Source: Pseudomonadota bacterium | GTDB taxonomy: Bacteria > Chloroflexota > UBA5177 > JAJPKF01 | Assembly (NCBI GenBank): GCA_021323865.1 | Contig: JAJPKF010000024.1 | Span: 9,207 to 73,206 of the forward strand | Direction of reading: 5' to 3' | DNA length: 64,000 nt | In this document: positions 62,152 to 64,000 of the stretch, in pieces | How the letters are laid out: every line of letters starts with the position of its first letter | Numbering within the stretch: the first letter of the stretch is position 1 | The notes under the pieces: generated by a model | Seen by the model: only the letters and a program-made list of their open reading frames with translations | What the model was told of the DNA's origin: nothing | Databases searched by the model: none | Made by a program: the position numbers and the translations under genes

Positions 62152-63509
62152 GCCGCCGAGCTGAGCGGAGGACTGACCGTCTCGGTGTGCTCCCGGGACA
62201 TCATGAGCACGAAGGCGAATGCCAGCAGGGGATCGAAGTGCGATCCCGCGTCCGCGGTGATGCGCAGGAGGGCCTCCTGGGTCGAGAGCCCACGCCGGTA
62301 GGGCCGGTCGGAGGTCATGGCGTCGAATGCATCGGCAAGGGCAAATATGCGGGCGGCGAGCGGGATGTCTTCCCCCGAGAGCCGGTCGGGATAGCCCTCA
62401 CCGTCCCATCGCTCGTGATGATGGCGGATGACCGGCAGCGCGTCCTGCAGGAACGAAATGTTCTTGATCATCTCGTATCCGATGACCGGATGGCGGCGCA
62501 TGAGCTCCCACTCTTGCTCGGTGAGAGGGCCCGGCTTGCGCAGGACGGCATCGGGCACGCCGATCTTGCCGATGTCGTGCAGCTCGGCGCCGTCGCGGAG
62601 TCCCCGAAGCGACTCCTCGTCAATGCCGATGTGCTCTGCCAGTCGTGTCGCGAGCGCCGTCACGCGTTTGGAATGGCTCTCCGTCTGAGAGTCACGGGCG
62701 TCGACGGCCGCCGCGAGGGACATGATGGTTTCGGAATAGCTGGCCTCCAGACGTGCCTGCTCGGCTTGGAGCTGCCCTTGCTGCCGGATGATGGTGCGGG
62801 ATCCGGCCCGAACGATGCCGAAGAGGAGGAGATACAACAGCAGCAAACCCCCGCCAATAACCAGGTAGGTAATGTGCTGCAGATCGGCAATCTGGGCCGC
62901 GAGGGGCCCGTAGGTCTCGTAGATCTCGAACGCGCCCACAACAGGGCCATTGCCGAAGCGGATGGGAATGTAGACCTGCATCAGCTGCCCAAAGCGTCGG
63001 TCCGCCTGGTTTTCCTCGGCCGAGAGGTTGGACACATTGGCGAAATCGTGGCCGGCCAGCGCCTGCGCCACATCGTCCTCGATCGGGAATCGCTTGCCCA
63101 CGATGCTGCGATCCGTTGAGTACACCACCTGGCCCTGGGGGTTCCAGACCTTGACCACCACGATGCGGTGGGTCAGCACATCAGACCGGACCAGCCGATC
63201 AAACTGTGCCAAGCGCCACCCCGACATGGCTCGATGGAGCTCCCAGGGATGGAGGTGGTTGACAAGGGGCCCTTGGAGGCTGTCGAAGGCCGCTGATTCG
63301 GCCGCCTTGAGGGCGGAGGATTGCATAGCCGACCCCACCTGCTGGGCCGTCCCCAGACCAATCAGAACGAACACGGCCAGGCTGGTCACGGCAAACCGCT
63401 GCAGCAGTGTGAACCGACGCAGCGCCGAGCGCAGCCGGTCTCCGCCCCGGAGCAGAAGCTTCATTGCGCCATCAATATGCGGCCCTCCTTTGGGGGGCGC
63501 GTTAGCCAA
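62148..63509 (-). CDS. HD-GYP domain phosphodiesterase with N-terminal two-TM periplasmic sensor domain
   Basis: HD...HDIGKIGVP and HHERWDGEGYP (HD-GYP signature). Two TM helices flank a ~150-aa extracytoplasmic region. Confidence 0.8.
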   Translation of the reverse strand: MANAPPKGGPHIDGAMKLLLRGGDRLRSALRRFTLLQRFAVTSLAVFVLIGLGTAQQVGSAMQSSALKAAESAAFDSLQGPLVNHLHPWELHRAMSGWRLAQFDRLVRSDVLTHRIVVVKVWNPQGQVVYSTDRSIVGKRFPIEDDVAQALAGHDFANVSNLSAEENQADRRFGQLMQVYIPIRFGNGPVVGAFEIYETYGPLAAQIADLQHITYLVIGGGLLLLYLLLFGIVRAGSRTIIRQQGQLQAEQARLEASYSETIMSLAAAVDARDSQTESHSKRVTALATRLAEHIGIDEESLRGLRDGAELHDIGKIGVPDAVLRKPGPLTEQEWELMRRHPVIGYEMIKNISFLQDALPVIRHHHERWDGEGYPDRLSGEDIPLAARIFALADAFDAMTSDRPYRRGLSTQEALLRITADAGSHFDPLLAFAFVLMMSREHTETVSPPLSSAA

Positions 63510-63635
63510 TTTGGCGGTGTCGCCCAGCGTCCCGATGAAGCTCTCGAACCGCAGGCGTTACCTGCGGACTATGATGAGGGCAACATGGTCGGCTGGTCGG
63601 CTGCGTACCCCCGGACATCGCCGGTAGGCATCTCG

Positions 63636-64000
63636 TGAGCACCATCACAGAGATCGAGGCGGGCATTGGGACCGCGGAATCGCTCGACCCGCGGGCCGCC
63701 ATCAGTGTTCGGGGTCTGCGCAAGACCTACGGATCGTTCGAGGCCGTCTCAGGAGTCGACTTCGACATCCAGCCCGGCGAGATCGTGGCCTTCCTGGGGC
63801 CGAATGGGGCGGGCAAGACCACGACCGTCGAGATACTCGAGGGATATCGTGAGCGCACCGCCGGAGCGGTTCGAGTTCTGGGCGAGGACCCGGCGACCGC
63901 TCCCCTCCTCTGGCGCGATCGCATCGGCGTGGTGCTGCAGGATTCCGAGATCGAGCCGGACCTTACCGCCCGCGAGTGCGTCGAGCTGTACGCCGGCTAT
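63636..64000 (+). CDS. ABC transporter ATP-binding protein (5' partial, runs off window)
   Basis: GTG 63636. Q-loop-preceding region with Walker [10 protein letters not shown] and typical LRKTYGSFEAVSGVDFDI. No stop before the window end. Confidence 0.7.

Noticed and set aside
1-64000. CRISPR arrays, tRNA/rRNA genes, transposases/integrases, prophage
   Set aside because: No regularly spaced direct repeats, cloverleaf-like sequences, or recombinase/transposase ORFs were seen. GC content is uniform apart from short promoter islands. The window appears to be core chromosome.

Overview
This is a high-GC (~65-70%) bacterial chromosomal segment with about 65 protein genes and several RNA and regulatory elements. 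Its gene content suggests a Chloroflexota/Thermomicrobia-like organism: Bacillus-type large SRP RNA, an FMN-riboswitch-controlled RibXY-like NMT1/NitT transporter, and frequent TTG/GTG starts. That assignment is an inference.

The starch/maltodextrin locus at 2.1-10 kb holds a secreted GH13 amylase, a hypothetical secreted protein, and a minus-strand operon: a ROK regulator fused to a C-terminal glycogen-binding (CBM48-like) domain, a sugar-binding protein and MalF/MalG-like permeases.

Next are a primary-like sigma factor, a MoxR-DUF58-DUF4129 membrane module, and an ECF sigma/anti-sigma pair with an ABC-2 exporter.

MetRS plus a DHDPS-family gene and a small sigma-region-4-like protein under a consensus promoter follow.

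A long minus-strand operon contains a Zn-ribbon protein, an FtsA-like ASKHA ATPase and an unknown 354-aa protein (the candidate novel module), then an LCP ligase, cystathionine beta-synthase and cystathionine gamma-lyase.

Further genes are a prolyl-aminopeptidase-like hydrolase, HtpX, a PAP2/lipid-kinase operon, GT2, CoaX and IspE.

The FMN riboswitch precedes a RibX permease and RibY binding protein. After them come a disulfide oxidoreductase, a GDE-C-like glucosidase, an ABC exporter and two tandem GH5 paralogues.

An Hsp20 gene is followed by a ten-gene aromatic supraoperon (DAHP synthase, tyrA, aroA, aroE, aroC, aroK-aroB, aroQ, aroH, trpE, trpG) preceded by a Trp/Tyr-rich leader peptide and intrinsic terminator (attenuator).

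The window ends with SRP RNA, a DinB-like protein, an HD-GYP phosphodiesterase and a partial ABC ATPase.

Hand-derived coordinates may be off by 1-2 nt; track ORF coordinates were kept where they agreed with my reading.
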